A stretch of DNA of 64,000 nucleotides, from positions 141,150 through 205,149 of the forward strand of contig JANXDH010000005.1 of the NCBI GenBank assembly GCA_025059745.1. The letters are read 5' to 3'. Made by a program: the position numbers and the translations under genes. Positions 27,232 through 37,543 of this stretch are shown one piece after another. Within the stretch, counting starts at the first letter, position 1. Every line of letters starts with the position of its first letter. The notes beneath the pieces are model-generated. The model saw only the letters and a program-made list of their open reading frames with translations, had not been told where the DNA came from and did no database searches. This DNA is from Aigarchaeota archaeon. Lineage in GTDB: Archaea > Thermoproteota > Nitrososphaeria_A > Caldarchaeales > Calditenuaceae.

Positions 27232-27318
27232 ATCGGCGTTAGATAAAAATTAGTAGCATGGTGACTGTAAAACCGATAACTTTTTTACCAGCGTCCGGAG
27301 TGATCGCACGGGAGCGTA

Positions 27319-27750
27319 TTGTACTTCGAGGATCTGGAGGAGGGCTCGATCCTTAGATCGAGGCCGAGGTTTATCACTCCTACGGATTTGGACCTGTTCA
27401 CCTCTTTGACGTGGGCGAATAACCCACTGTTCCTGAGCGATGATGCGGCTAGAGCAGCCGGGATGAGAGCCAGAATCGCGCCGGGTGCCCTATTGGTCTC
27501 GATAGCGATAGGACTCCTCTATCAGACGGGCGTCTTCGATCACATAAGGGCCATGACCGAACTTCACGCTAACTTCCTGAATCCCGTATCCCCGGGCGAG
27601 GTTGTAAAGGTAGAGGGTGAGGTCGTCTCAAAACGAGTGATATCCGAAGCGACCGGTGAAGTCACTTTCAAAGTTCAACTGAAGAACCTATCGACCAACA
27701 AAGACTCGATCAGCATGTCTATGAAATTGATCCACTTGCGTAGGAAGTGA
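27319..27750 (+). CDS. MaoC-like (R)-specific enoyl-CoA hydratase/dehydratase
   Basis: 143 aa, hot-dog fold pattern FEDLEEGS...ITPTDLDLFTSLTWANNPLFLSDDAA...IAPGALL. TTG is the only in-frame start after the stop at 27301. Confidence 0.7.
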   Translation: MYFEDLEEGSILRSRPRFITPTDLDLFTSLTWANNPLFLSDDAARAAGMRARIAPGALLVSIAIGLLYQTGVFDHIRAMTELHANFLNPVSPGEVVKVEGEVVSKRVISEATGEVTFKVQLKNLSTNKDSISMSMKLIHLRRK

Positions 27751-28307
27751 CCGTCATGGGGCGCTACAGCAGACAGTTCCAAGCGACCGTTGTGATAACT
27801 CTGATAGCGTACGCGATACTGAGCTACGTGCTCCTAGCTGGACGGGACCACGAGGCACTCGGAGAGGAGACCCGGTTGGTAGTGAGCACCTTACCGCACT
27901 TAATCGCGGCGATAAATACCACGACTATAGTCACTCTCCAGCTGGGGTACAGGGCGATAAAGAGACAGCAAATATCGAGTCATAAGAGGTTCATGCTGGC
28001 GTCGTTTGTGCTGATATCTCTGTTTCTCGTCTTTTACATCTCTAGGGTCGTCCTAGGTGGTGTGGAGGTCTATAAGGGCCCAGAGGTGATCCGCAACTTC
28101 GTCTACCTACCGATACTGGCCGTTCATCTGGCTCTATCGATAATCTCGGTCCCGTTGGTGCTTTACAACGTCTTGACGGGGGTGACCCTCGATGTCAATG
28201 ACATCGGTAATACTAAACATCCAGTCACCGGTCGGATCGCGTACTTAATGTGGACCCTGAGCCTCGCCCTGGGTGTGGTGGTGTACCTCTTTCTACGTTT
28301 AACTTAA
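27747..28307 (+). CDS. DUF420 membrane protein (CtaM-like, cytochrome oxidase associated)
   Basis: 186 aa, 4-5 TM. Its start overlaps the MaoC stop by 4 nt, and it sits directly upstream of ctaB. Confidence 0.55.
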   Translation: MTVMGRYSRQFQATVVITLIAYAILSYVLLAGRDHEALGEETRLVVSTLPHLIAAINTTTIVTLQLGYRAIKRQQISSHKRFMLASFVLISLFLVFYISRVVLGGVEVYKGPEVIRNFVYLPILAVHLALSIISVPLVLYNVLTGVTLDVNDIGNTKHPVTGRIAYLMWTLSLALGVVVYLFLRLT

Positions 28308-28325
28308 GTGTAGGGGTTTCAATCA

Positions 28326-28335
28326 CCTATATATC
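28326..28335 (+). promoter_or_regulatory. TATA-box candidate for ctaB
   Basis: cctatatatc is centred 28 nt upstream of the ATG at 28359. Confidence 0.4.
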
Positions 28336-28358
28336 ATCCGTAGGGTTAATTTTCACGG

Positions 28359-29258
28359 ATGGCCTCCATAGCCTCCACGCTGACGCGTAGCACCGTACTC
28401 TATTTCCAGGTCACCAAACCTAACGTCTGGTGGCTCCTAGTCTTTATAGGAATGGTAGGGTACTACACCGGCGCCGGCGGCAGGGTGGGGCTGATAGACG
28501 CGTTCTCAGTCCTGCTCATGCTCGTCACTGGGACCGCAGGTACCGAGGCCCTGTCGAATTACCTAGAGCGCGACATAGACTCCCAGATGAGGAGGACGAG
28601 GAGACGACCGATACCGAGGGGTCTGATAAATCCCCCGTGGAAGGCGTTAATCCTAGGGTTGGTGCTGATGTTAGTCTCACTCATTACCGCGTCACTCATC
28701 AATATCATGAGTTTCCTCTTCATGCTCTTCGGCATGTTGGACTACATAGTGATATACGTGATGCTCTCCAAGAGGCGCACTCCATGGAATATCGTCCTCG
28801 GGAGCTTCGCTGGCGGGGCACCAGTGATAGCAGGCTACGTAGCGGCCACCGGAGTACCGTCACTCGAGGCTTGGTTGCTAGCGTCCCTTGTAATTCTCTG
28901 GATACCGAGTCACGTCTGGAGCCTCGCTTTGAGGTACAAGGAAGATTACGCGAGGGCGTGCATACCGATGCTACCCGTGGTGGTGGACGAGCGTAAATCG
29001 ATAAGGTGTATCGCCTCTACATCAGGGCTCTTGGTGGTGTTCTCGTTGATCCTATACCTCATCAACAGCCCTCACTACGGTCTCCTCTACTTAGCTACGG
29101 CCTCCGTGCTCGGGTCGATCCTCCTTTATCTCAGCATGAAGCTGCTCTTCAGACCTAACCTTACAGACGCTTGGAGGCTCTTCAAGTTCACGAGTCCATA
29201 CCTAGCCATAGTGTTTCTCGTGATAGCAATAGAGGCCGCTATAGTATCTGTTATTTAA
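28359..29258 (+). CDS. ctaB: protoheme IX farnesyltransferase (heme O synthase)
   Basis: 299 aa UbiA-fold protein with [20 protein letters not shown] and the second Asp-rich region. Confidence 0.85.
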   Translation: MASIASTLTRSTVLYFQVTKPNVWWLLVFIGMVGYYTGAGGRVGLIDAFSVLLMLVTGTAGTEALSNYLERDIDSQMRRTRRRPIPRGLINPPWKALILGLVLMLVSLITASLINIMSFLFMLFGMLDYIVIYVMLSKRRTPWNIVLGSFAGGAPVIAGYVAATGVPSLEAWLLASLVILWIPSHVWSLALRYKEDYARACIPMLPVVVDERKSIRCIASTSGLLVVFSLILYLINSPHYGLLYLATASVLGSILLYLSMKLLFRPNLTDAWRLFKFTSPYLAIVFLVIAIEAAIVSVI

Positions 29259-30670
29259 GCCGCGACCTTTTGTGCTTTATAGTACCTCTTTATGTTCTCG
29301 GGCTTGATCTTGGTCAGCTCAGACTCTGGTAGGTTACTGAGTATGTCCCAGGCTATCTCTAGGGAGTCATCCAGCGTCCTGTTCTCGTCCCTACCCTGAG
29401 TCAGGAACCTCCGCTCGAAGAGGTCGCCGAACTCCAAGTACCTTATATCTATGCCCGTGAGACCGGATTTGCCGACTATCTCCGCCAAGGCCCTCAGCTG
29501 CGTGGCCCTCGAGTAAGCCGCGTAGAGCTGGTTGCTGACCTCACCGTGGTCCGGTCTCGTCTTCTTTGGCGCTATTATCCCCGGCCCCATCAGCCTCGAT
29601 AGTGACATGAGTACGTTGATCGGAGGATATATCCCCTTCCTGTGGAGGTCCCTCCCGAGCACAATCTGACCCTCGGTTATATAACCCGTGAGGTCAGGTA
29701 TCGGGTGCGTGATGTCGTCACTGGGCATCGAGAGTATCGGCATCTGAGTGACGCTCCCCTTCCGGCCCTTTATCCTACCGGCCCTCTCGTAAACCGACGC
29801 TAGGTCGGTATACATGTAGCCGGGGTACCCCTTCCTCCCGGGTATCTCCTCCCTCGCCGCGCTTATCTCGCGTAGAGCCTCGCAATAATTCGTCATGTCC
29901 GTGATGATCACCAAGACGTGGTATCCCTCTTCAAAGGCAAGGTACTCCGCCAGAGTGAGCGCGACCCTGGGCGTGATTACCCTCTCCACTGCTGGGTCGT
30001 CAGCGAGGTTGAGGAAGAGCGCGGACCTGCTGAGCGCACCACTCTCCTCTAAGCTCTGTCTGAAGTACCTCGCCTCATCGTTCTGGACTCCGATGGCTGC
30101 AAAGATGACCGCGAAGTCCTCTCCACGACCTGGTACTGTGGCCTGCCTCGCTATCTGTGCCGCGAGCACGTTGTGCGGCAGCCCGGAGCCGCTGAATATA
30201 GGCAGCTTCTGTCCCCGGACGAGGCTGTTCATGACGTCTATCGCGGATATGCCGCTCTGGATGAAGTCGCTCGGGTACTCTCGCTGCTCAGGGTTGATCG
30301 GCTCGCCGTTGACGTCCCTGTAGTCGTCCGCTAAAGGAGCGGGCAACCCGTCCATCGGCCTCCCCAAACCGTCGAAGACCCGGCCCAAGAGCTCCGGTGA
30401 CACGCCCAACTTCATGGTCGTCCCCAAGAACTTCGTCCTCAACCCCTCGATTGAGAGACCCTGTGTCCCCTCGAAGACCTGTACGACCGCCTTGCCCTCA
30501 CCGACCTCGAGGACCCTCCCCAACCTCCTCTCATTATCCGGGGTCTCTACCTCAACCAACTCATCATAAGCTACAGAGGAGACGTTATCGACCACCACCA
30601 AGGGCCCCTTTATCTCCTTGACCGTCGTGTACTCTATCCCGGTGTGCTTCAGTACCGGTTTACCCTGCAT
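29255..30670 (-). CDS. atpB: A/V-type ATP synthase subunit B
   Basis: 471 aa with [35 protein letters not shown] and [21 protein letters not shown]. Confidence 0.9.
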   Translation of the reverse strand: MQGKPVLKHTGIEYTTVKEIKGPLVVVDNVSSVAYDELVEVETPDNERRLGRVLEVGEGKAVVQVFEGTQGLSIEGLRTKFLGTTMKLGVSPELLGRVFDGLGRPMDGLPAPLADDYRDVNGEPINPEQREYPSDFIQSGISAIDVMNSLVRGQKLPIFSGSGLPHNVLAAQIARQATVPGRGEDFAVIFAAIGVQNDEARYFRQSLEESGALSRSALFLNLADDPAVERVITPRVALTLAEYLAFEEGYHVLVIITDMTNYCEALREISAAREEIPGRKGYPGYMYTDLASVYERAGRIKGRKGSVTQMPILSMPSDDITHPIPDLTGYITEGQIVLGRDLHRKGIYPPINVLMSLSRLMGPGIIAPKKTRPDHGEVSNQLYAAYSRATQLRALAEIVGKSGLTGIDIRYLEFGDLFERRFLTQGRDENRTLDDSLEIAWDILSNLPESELTKIKPENIKRYYKAQKVAA

Positions 30671-30807
30671 CCCGATTCGTTCTGCTGTTGTGAGCAGTCC
30701 TTAATAAAATTGACTAAGTGCTACGTAGTTGAGAGGTTCTCCTCGGGTTACCTTCATTAACGGAAAGATTTATCAATGGAGTTTTCGTCATATCACGCCG
30801 TAAATAG

Positions 30808-31461
30808 ATGTCCGTATCGTTCGGCGGGGGTTACCTTAGGACCAAACTTGAATTGATAAGACTCAGGCGCTCGGTGCGCACCGCCCAGAGGGTTTACAAG
30901 ATCCTCGAAGACAAGAGGGACGTCCTTGTACGTCATCTGAACGACATGATCGACGAGGCCCAGCAACTACGCGAGCAGGTCCAAGGTCCCTTGGAAGATC
31001 TTTACCGCTCACTCATCGAGGCTTACCTGACGCTGGGAGCAAACGTCGTAGAGACCATATCTTCAACCATCCCCGAGACGATGAACGTAAACGTATCGTC
31101 CTTCTCCATGATGGGTATCAGCATCCCTACGCTCGATGTGACGGGACGACAGGCCAAGCTCGAGTACGGGTTAGCTGAGACCAACGTCAACATCGACGAG
31201 GTCGCTAGAAAGGCTCAGCTCGTGATAAAACAGCTCTCAAAGGCCGCGGCGACAGAGAGCGCCATATTCAGGATCGCTGAGGAGTTAAAGAAGACGCAGC
31301 GATTACTCAACGCGCTCGAGTACGTCGTCATACCCCGCTACATGGAGGCCATCCGGAACATATCGACGGTCCTGGATGAGGCCGAGAGGGACTACTTCAT
31401 TAAATTGAAGCACATAAAGAGGGTACTGGAGAGGAGGAAGATCGGAACCGTCCAGGGTTGA
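30808..31461 (+). CDS. atpD: A/V-type ATP synthase subunit D
   Basis: 217 aa long coiled coil with TKLELIRLRRSVRTAQRVYKILEDKRDVL and RLLNALEYVVIPRY, typical of subunit D. Confidence 0.8.
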   Translation: MSVSFGGGYLRTKLELIRLRRSVRTAQRVYKILEDKRDVLVRHLNDMIDEAQQLREQVQGPLEDLYRSLIEAYLTLGANVVETISSTIPETMNVNVSSFSMMGISIPTLDVTGRQAKLEYGLAETNVNIDEVARKAQLVIKQLSKAAATESAIFRIAEELKKTQRLLNALEYVVIPRYMEAIRNISTVLDEAERDYFIKLKHIKRVLERRKIGTVQG

Positions 31462-31499
31462 TCTCGCTGGTTTACAGACTTAAATAAGGGGCTTGTCTC

Positions 31500-31634
31500 G
31501 TGACTGTCGTGAAGGAGAGCAGGTCATTGGACGAGGCCTTCATGGAGGCCGAGGCCGCATTAGAGTCAAAGGTCGAAGAGATAAAGGAGCTTCTAAAGAA
31601 GCGTGCGCACGACTTCGTTCAAAAAACTCGATAA
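31500..31634 (+). CDS. possible small coiled-coil protein (41-44 aa, not in ORF track)
   Basis: Own translation: (VTV)VKESRSLDEAFMEAEAALESKVEEIKELLKKRAHDFVQKTR. K/E-rich heptad-like sequence immediately after atpD, with TATA-like cttaaataag ~25 nt upstream of the GTG at 31509. Confidence 0.25.
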   Translation: MTVVKESRSLDEAFMEAEAALESKVEEIKELLKKRAHDFVQKTR

Positions 31635-31662
31635 GAACGAGAGATCTCTGTAGGTCCCTCCA

Positions 31663-32007
31663 TTACACTCCCAGTATGAAGAACGCCACAGCTATCCCGT
31701 ATATCGCTATCGACTCGGCGAATGCTAGGGCGATGAGCGCCATCGTCCTCATCTCAAACCTCTCGGTTGCAGCCGCTAACCCTGCAGAACCTGCACCTGA
31801 GATCGCTATGCCTGCGGCGAGTGCAGCCAACCCGAACGCTATGCTGGCTGCGAAGACCTTTGCCGCCAAGTCGCTCAGCACCAGCTGCTCATCTTGTGCG
31901 GCCTCAGCGGCTGATGCAGAGGGCAGTCCAAGCAACGTCGTCGCGGAGACCAGACATAGGAGAACCAAGAGCGTACGTTCGTTCATCGACATACGTGCAT
32001 AGACCAT
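31663..32007 (-). CDS. atpK: A/V-type ATP synthase proteolipid subunit K (c)
   Basis: 114 aa with two Gly/Ala-rich helices and the essential Glu in AFAESIAIYG. The N-terminal ~40 aa form a signal-like extension. Preferred over the antisense ORF 31493-32002. Confidence 0.75.
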   Translation of the reverse strand: MVYARMSMNERTLLVLLCLVSATTLLGLPSASAAEAAQDEQLVLSDLAAKVFAASIAFGLAALAAGIAISGAGSAGLAAATERFEMRTMALIALAFAESIAIYGIAVAFFILGV

Positions 32008-32042
32008 CTAAGTTTAATATAAATCTACTTTATCCGTGGTAA

Positions 32043-32117
32043 GGGCCCGTGGCCAAGCTTGGATAAGGCGCCGGCCTCCGGAGCCGGAGATCGCGGGTTC
32101 GAGTCCCGCCGGGCCCG
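32043..32117 (+). tRNA. tRNA-Arg(CCG)
   Basis: GGGCCCG acceptor paired with CGGGCCC, anticodon stem-loop CCGGC-CUCCGGA-GCCGG, T arm GCGGG-UUCGAGU-CCCGC. Confidence 0.85.
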
Positions 32118-32185
32118 AGCAGAGTACGGTCAAAGAACACGTGATAAAAAATTTATTGACCTCAAGGTTCTGGCTCTCTGTTGAA

Positions 32186-33151
32186 ATGATACTTGCAGCC
32201 GACATAGGTGGCTCAAAGACGAGGGTCGGTCTCTTCGACCGGGATCTGAACCTCATTAGATTAAGAGTCGTTGCCACTCCAAGAGACCCGACTCCTGACT
32301 CCATACCAGAGACGTTAATCAGGACTGCAGACGAGGTCTCAGGCGAGATAAAATCCGAGGTAACGGCGTTCGGTGTAGCGTCTATGGGGCCGATCGACGT
32401 GAAGCGTGGCACTATAGTCAAGACCCCCACGGTTGGTGCCGAGAACGTACCACTCATAGAGAGGTTGAAGGAGTGGCTGGAGGTGGAGTACTTCCTGGCT
32501 AACGACTGCAACGCAGCGGCCTATGCAGAGTGGTGGTCTCTGAGGAATGATGGGGTCAGTTCGTTGGTCTACATTACAATAAGCACGGGGATAGGTGGCG
32601 GCGCAGTCGTAGACGACTGTCTTCTCTTAGGCAAGGACGGTAACGCTGCAGAGGTGGGGCACATAGTCCTCGACCACGAGGGATACATGAGGTGTGGTTG
32701 CGGTGGGTTGGGGCACTGGGAGGCTTACTGCTCAGGGAGGAACGTGGTACGTTTCGCCAAGAGACTCTACGATGACGGCTTCATATCACCGATGACCAGA
32801 CTGGCCGAATCTATAGAGAGAGACGAACTCTCAAGCGAGAGGATCTTCGAACTACAAAGGGCGGGTGACGCGGGGGCAGTCGAGTTACTGGAGAGGGTGG
32901 CCGTCTTCAACGCTGCAGGGATCTCATCGGTCATAGCAACTTACGACCCTCACGTAATCGTTATGGGTGGCTCGGTAGTGCTTAACAACTTCGATTTCTT
33001 CGTAAGTGAGGTCTTTCCACTCATCGAGAGGTACTCGGTCATAGAGAGGCCTGAAATCGTTAGGCCCGTCCACAACGACCTCTCACCCCTCATGGGTGCC
33101 GCCATGATAGCGAGACACAGATTGGAAAAGGCGATACCGAGACGCGTTTAG
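32186..33151 (+). CDS. ROK-family sugar kinase (glucokinase-like)
   Basis: Start moved to MILAADIGGSKTRVG, because the track ORF start overlaps tRNA-Arg. ROK Zn motif GHIVLDHEGYMRCGCGGLGHWEAYCSG. Confidence 0.75.
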   Translation: MILAADIGGSKTRVGLFDRDLNLIRLRVVATPRDPTPDSIPETLIRTADEVSGEIKSEVTAFGVASMGPIDVKRGTIVKTPTVGAENVPLIERLKEWLEVEYFLANDCNAAAYAEWWSLRNDGVSSLVYITISTGIGGGAVVDDCLLLGKDGNAAEVGHIVLDHEGYMRCGCGGLGHWEAYCSGRNVVRFAKRLYDDGFISPMTRLAESIERDELSSERIFELQRAGDAGAVELLERVAVFNAAGISSVIATYDPHVIVMGGSVVLNNFDFFVSEVFPLIERYSVIERPEIVRPVHNDLSPLMGAAMIARHRLEKAIPRRV

Positions 33152-33221
33152 CTCGACTCTGCGTTGAGCATGTAGAGGGTTATGATATAAATACTCTCTC
33201 TGAGTTCAAGACGGTTGAAAG

Positions 33222-35924
33222 TTGACGGCCGAATCGAAGGAGTACCATTCGGTCGATGTCGAGGAGACAGTGAAGGAGTTAGCGACTGATACGAATCGTG
33301 GCCTCACCATGAGGGAAGCGGAGGAGAGACTCAGTAAGCACGGTCCTAACGTCATCGTGGAGGGTAAGAGACCGAACCCTTTGAAGACCTTCTTGAGGCA
33401 GTTCACCAACACTCTCGTACTCATTTTAATTGCTGCGACGGCCGTCACGGCTTTCCTCGGTGAGGTGGTAGAGTCCATTGTCATCTCGGTCATAGTTATC
33501 TTCATAGGCATCATGGGCTTCGTCCAGGAGTACAGGGCGGAGAGGGCTCTTGAGGAGTTGAAGACGCTCACGGCGCCGACATGCAGAGTCCTCAGGGACG
33601 GTGAGGAGGTGACGATCAACACTGAGGAGGTAGTCCCCGGGGACGTGCTGATATTGGGAGAGGGCGACCTTGTTCCTGCAGACGCTAGACTCGTAGAGGC
33701 CGCAGGCCTCAAGGTCGATGAGTCCGCGTTGACTGGCGAATCGACCCCGGTGGAGAAGTCGTCCGCCAAGATCAAGAGAGAGACTCCGCTCGCTGAGAGG
33801 ACTAACATGGTGTACGCAGGCACGTTCGTGTCCTCCGGTAGGGGGAGGGCGATAGTAACGGCTACGGGGAAGCAGACGGAGCTAGGGAAGGTCGCCTCTT
33901 ACACGCTCTCGATAGGAGAGGAGAAGACGCCCCTCGAGGTGAGGATGAGGGGGCTCGGCAGGAAGTTCGGCATCTTGGCCCTCACCATCATAAGCGTGGT
34001 CCTCGCGATAGAGGTGATAGAGTCGTACCTCCTCGGTGAGTTCACGCTGGACTTCCTGGTCGAGGTCCTCCTCTTTAGCGTCGCATTAGCAGTGGCCTCG
34101 GTACCTGAGGCGCTGCCTGCCATAGTGACAGCATCGCTCGCTATAGGAGCTTGGACTCTCGCGAAGCACGGCGCACTGGTCAGGAAGCTAGCCGCGGTAG
34201 AGAGCTTGGGATCGACGGGCGTAATGTGTTTCGATAAGACGGGCACTTTAACGAAGGGAGAGCAGACGGTTAGAGCGATATACGTGGACGGGAAGGTTCT
34301 CAGCGTTACCGGGACTGGTTTCAACCCCCATGGAGTGGTACTGGAGGCCCCAGACAATTCATCTTCATATAGCCTCTTGCTCAAGGCCGCCGTTCTATGC
34401 AACGACGCGAGGATACATCGCACTGATAAGGGTTGGAGCTGTCGAGGGGACCCGACCGAGATCGCGCTCCAGTTTATGGCCCTGAAGGCCGGCGTTGATA
34501 TCGATGCGCTCATAGAGTCGTCACCGAGGATCTCAGAGATACCCTTCACGAGTGAGCGGAGGATGATGTCGACTCTAAACTCTATGGATGGAGAAAAGGT
34601 CCTCTTCATCAAGGGAGCCCCGGAGACCGTTCTTGGAAGGTGCGTGAGCGTGCTCAAAGACTCTAAACTCAGGCCGCTCGATGAGTCGGAGAGATCCAGC
34701 TTGCTAAGCGTTTACGAGGAGTTAGCGTCGAACGGTATGAGGGTTCTAGCATTCGCCTATAGGAGCGTCCAAGAGATCTCTAACCCTCTGGCTGAGACCG
34801 ATATGACGTTCTTAGGACTCGTAGGTATAATAGATCCCCCTAGAGTCGACGCAGTCAAATCTATCGAGGTCGCCAAGTCCGCGAATATTAAACCGGTAAT
34901 GATAACGGGAGATCACAAGCTGACTGCTGCAGCCATCGCAAAAGAATGTGGTATCGATACCGAGTTCATACTGACGGGTGATGAGCTGGAGAGGATGACG
35001 GCCCAAGAGCTCTCGGAGGTCGTCGATAAGGTCTCGGTATACGCGAGGACCACGCCGGTACAGAAGCTGAAGATAGTGGAGGCCTGGAAGGCGAGGGATG
35101 AGGTCGTCGCGATGACCGGAGACGGTGTGAACGACGCGCCGGCACTGAAGAGGGCAGACATTGGCGTATCGATGGGGATACGTGGCACGACGGTAGCCAA
35201 GGAGTCCTCAGACATGGTGCTCACTGACGACAGCCTGGCGACGTTGGTGAAGGCCATTGAGATGGGGAGGTGGATAATGGACAACATAAAGAAGTATCTG
35301 GCGTACCTGCTTCAGGCCAACCTGGTGGAGATAGTGGTCATCTCCTTCACAACCCTCTTCCTCCTCCGGTATCTAGGTTACTCCGGAGAGGAGGCGCTCG
35401 CCCTCCTGCCTGTTCACATACTCTACATTAACTTAGCGACCGATGGACTACCGGCGCTCGCGCTTGGGTTCAGCCCCTCAGATCCGGACCTCATGAGGAG
35501 GTCCCCGATGAGGCGCGGAGAGAGCGTCTTCTCGAGGGAGGTCGTCGAGTTCCTGATCAGGGCCCTCATAGTTGAGCCGCCGATCCTGATATTCGCGTTC
35601 TACTCCGCGTTATCGCTCGGTATCGACGCTGCTAGGACTAGACTGTTCCTCCTCTTCGTGGCTATAGAATTGGTAGTAGCTCTCAGTTGCAGGTCGCTCA
35701 GGTACCCGATAGTAACCGTTAGACCCCACAAGTGGTTGATCCTCGCGGTAATCTGGGAGGTCATCCTGATAATCGTACTAATCTCCATTCCACTGACGAG
35801 AGAGGCGTTACACTTGACCCCTCCAACGTTCGACGACCTGCTATGGATCATCGGTGGCGCGACCGCAACGTTCGCCTCAATTGAGCTGCTGAAACTGGTA
35901 ATCAGGAGGGACACCCGGGCCTAA
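33222..35924 (+). CDS. P-type cation-transporting ATPase (P2, Ca2+/SERCA-PMCA-like)
   Basis: 900 aa with TGES, phosphorylation site CFDKTGTLT, MITGDHKLTA, TGDGVNDAPALKRADIG, and 10 predicted TM helices. Confidence 0.85.
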   Translation: MTAESKEYHSVDVEETVKELATDTNRGLTMREAEERLSKHGPNVIVEGKRPNPLKTFLRQFTNTLVLILIAATAVTAFLGEVVESIVISVIVIFIGIMGFVQEYRAERALEELKTLTAPTCRVLRDGEEVTINTEEVVPGDVLILGEGDLVPADARLVEAAGLKVDESALTGESTPVEKSSAKIKRETPLAERTNMVYAGTFVSSGRGRAIVTATGKQTELGKVASYTLSIGEEKTPLEVRMRGLGRKFGILALTIISVVLAIEVIESYLLGEFTLDFLVEVLLFSVALAVASVPEALPAIVTASLAIGAWTLAKHGALVRKLAAVESLGSTGVMCFDKTGTLTKGEQTVRAIYVDGKVLSVTGTGFNPHGVVLEAPDNSSSYSLLLKAAVLCNDARIHRTDKGWSCRGDPTEIALQFMALKAGVDIDALIESSPRISEIPFTSERRMMSTLNSMDGEKVLFIKGAPETVLGRCVSVLKDSKLRPLDESERSSLLSVYEELASNGMRVLAFAYRSVQEISNPLAETDMTFLGLVGIIDPPRVDAVKSIEVAKSANIKPVMITGDHKLTAAAIAKECGIDTEFILTGDELERMTAQELSEVVDKVSVYARTTPVQKLKIVEAWKARDEVVAMTGDGVNDAPALKRADIGVSMGIRGTTVAKESSDMVLTDDSLATLVKAIEMGRWIMDNIKKYLAYLLQANLVEIVVISFTTLFLLRYLGYSGEEALALLPVHILYINLATDGLPALALGFSPSDPDLMRRSPMRRGESVFSREVVEFLIRALIVEPPILIFAFYSALSLGIDAARTRLFLLFVAIELVVALSCRSLRYPIVTVRPHKWLILAVIWEVILIIVLISIPLTREALHLTPPTFDDLLWIIGGATATFASIELLKLVIRRDTRA

Positions 35925-35989
35925 AGTCATCCTCAATTGTACAGTTCGGACAAGTCCACCCACAATTTATACGAATTACGCGGATCGGT

Positions 35990-36090
35990 TGCGGGGGGTG
36001 GGATTCGAACCCACGAACCCCCTACAGGGAGCGGCTATCCAATCCCGCGATCTTGAGGCCGCCGCCTTTGGCCAGCTTGGCTACCCCCGC
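35990..36090 (-). tRNA. tRNA-Leu(CAA) with 15-nt canonical (37/38) intron
   Basis: Reverse complement: GCGGGGG..GCGGC-CUCAAG-[AUCGCGGGAUUGGAU]-A-GCCGC, a long variable arm, then GUGGG-UUCGAAU-CCCAC-CCCCCGC-A. UCAA of the loop can pair with UUGG of the insert (BHB-like). Confidence 0.8.
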
Positions 36091-36171
36091 GACCAATTCA
36101 CGATCTAAACAATCCCCTCACCCTCTTAAAAACTTCTACAGATGCCTCAGGTCTCATTGCTCTAAAGAGAG

Positions 36172-36184
36172 TTAAACTTAATTT
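36172..36184 (+). promoter_or_regulatory. TATA-box candidate for malic enzyme gene
   Basis: ttaaacttaattt is centred ~31 nt upstream of the in-frame GTG at 36209. Confidence 0.35.
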
Positions 36185-36208
36185 GTCCGCAGCGATAAGG
36201 GTGCGCAG

Positions 36209-37537
36209 GTGAGGTAGGTACTGGGAAAAGATTACGGACGACTGGCTTTGAAGTACTCCTCCCTCTACGGAGGGAAAGTCGAGGTGATACCAAAGGTACC
36301 AGTCCAGAGTCTGGAGGACTTCTCGATATGGTACACCCCGGGCGTCGCTGACGTCTCGCTCGAGATAAGCGCGAACTGTGACGAGTCCTTCAGGCTGACC
36401 AATAGGTGGAACACCATCGCTGTGGCTACTAACGGTACGAGGGTCCTCGGCCTCGGTGATATAGGGCCTGAGGCGTCCTTGCCCGTGATGGAGGGGAAGG
36501 CCCTTATCTTCAAGTACCTCGGTGGCGTCGACGCCTTTCCTCTACCGATAAACGCTTCGGATCCCGATAAATTCATTGAGGTGATAAAGTGCGTAGAGCC
36601 CGCATTTGGAGGCATAAACCTCGAGGACGTTAGATCTCCTGACTGCTTCTACATATTGGAGAGACTCACGGAGGAGCTGAAGATCCCAGTATGGCACGAT
36701 GATCAGCTCGGGACGGCCTCAGCGACGCTCGCCGCGTTGATAAATGCGCTCAAGGTAGTTGGAAAGGATCCAAAGGAGGTTGAGATCGTGTTTTTCGGCG
36801 CGGGCGCATCCAATATAGCCACTGCTAACCTCCTCATAAGGTACGGCTTCGATCCCGGTAACATGATCCTGATAGACTCCCAAGGCACCTTACACCCTGA
36901 TAGGCCTGATATGGATAGCCTGATGCTGAAGAACCGGTGGAAGTACGAGCTAGCCATCAAGACGAACGGGAGACGGGTAGTTGGCGGCCTCGAAGAGGCG
37001 GTAGAGGGTGCGGACGTACTGATTGCCGCATCGAGACCTGGACCGGGCGTCATAAGTAGAGACCACGTCAGTAGGATGGCCGACTCACCTATCATCTTCG
37101 CGCTGGCGAACCCTGTCCCAGAGATACTACCCGAGGAGGCCTACGACGCGGGAGCGAAGATAGTCGCGACCGGCAGGAGCGACTACCCCAATCAGGTCAA
37201 CAACAGCCTTATATTCCCTTCTGTATTCAGAGGAGCTTTAGACGTCAGGGCAACAAAGATTACCCCTGAGGCCATGATAGCGGCATCTCGGGCTCTGGCT
37301 ATATTCGCTCAGGAGAGGGGGATAAGCGAGACGTACATAGTTCCGACTATGCAGGAGTGGGAGGCCTACTCTAGGGTCGCCGCGTCTGTGGCGAGCGAGC
37401 TGTCCAGTCAAGGGGCCGCTAGGTTCCCCGCATCATATGACGAGGAGCTGGAGAGGGCCTCTAAGATAATCAGCAGGGCTAGGAACCTGCTAGAATCGTT
37501 AATATCGACCGGTATAGTTCAGAGGCTAAGTGGGTGA
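36209..37537 (+). CDS. NAD(P)-dependent malic enzyme
   Basis: Motifs WYTPGVA, GTRVLGLGDIGP, FGGINLEDV and FFGAGASNIA. The start is extended from the track TTG 36248 to the in-frame GTG 36209 (in-frame stop at 36197), which fits the TATA spacing and the usual N-terminus. Confidence 0.8.
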
Positions 37538-37543
37538 CGCGGA

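Noticed and set aside
31493-32002. 169-aa plus-strand ORF opposite atpK
   Set aside because: The minus-strand frame encodes a textbook proteolipid c subunit (Gly/Ala helices, essential Glu in AESIAIYG). The plus-strand translation is an Ala/Ser/Arg-rich mirror product. Only its first ~45 codons' region may host a different small ORF in another frame (see 31500-31634).
33206-34657. 205-aa and 252-aa minus-strand ORFs inside the P-type ATPase gene
   Set aside because: These are shadow ORFs antisense to an ORF with unmistakable P-type ATPase motifs (DKTGTLT, TGDGVNDAPAL). Their translations are Ser/Thr/Ala/Pro-rich and have no recognisable domain.
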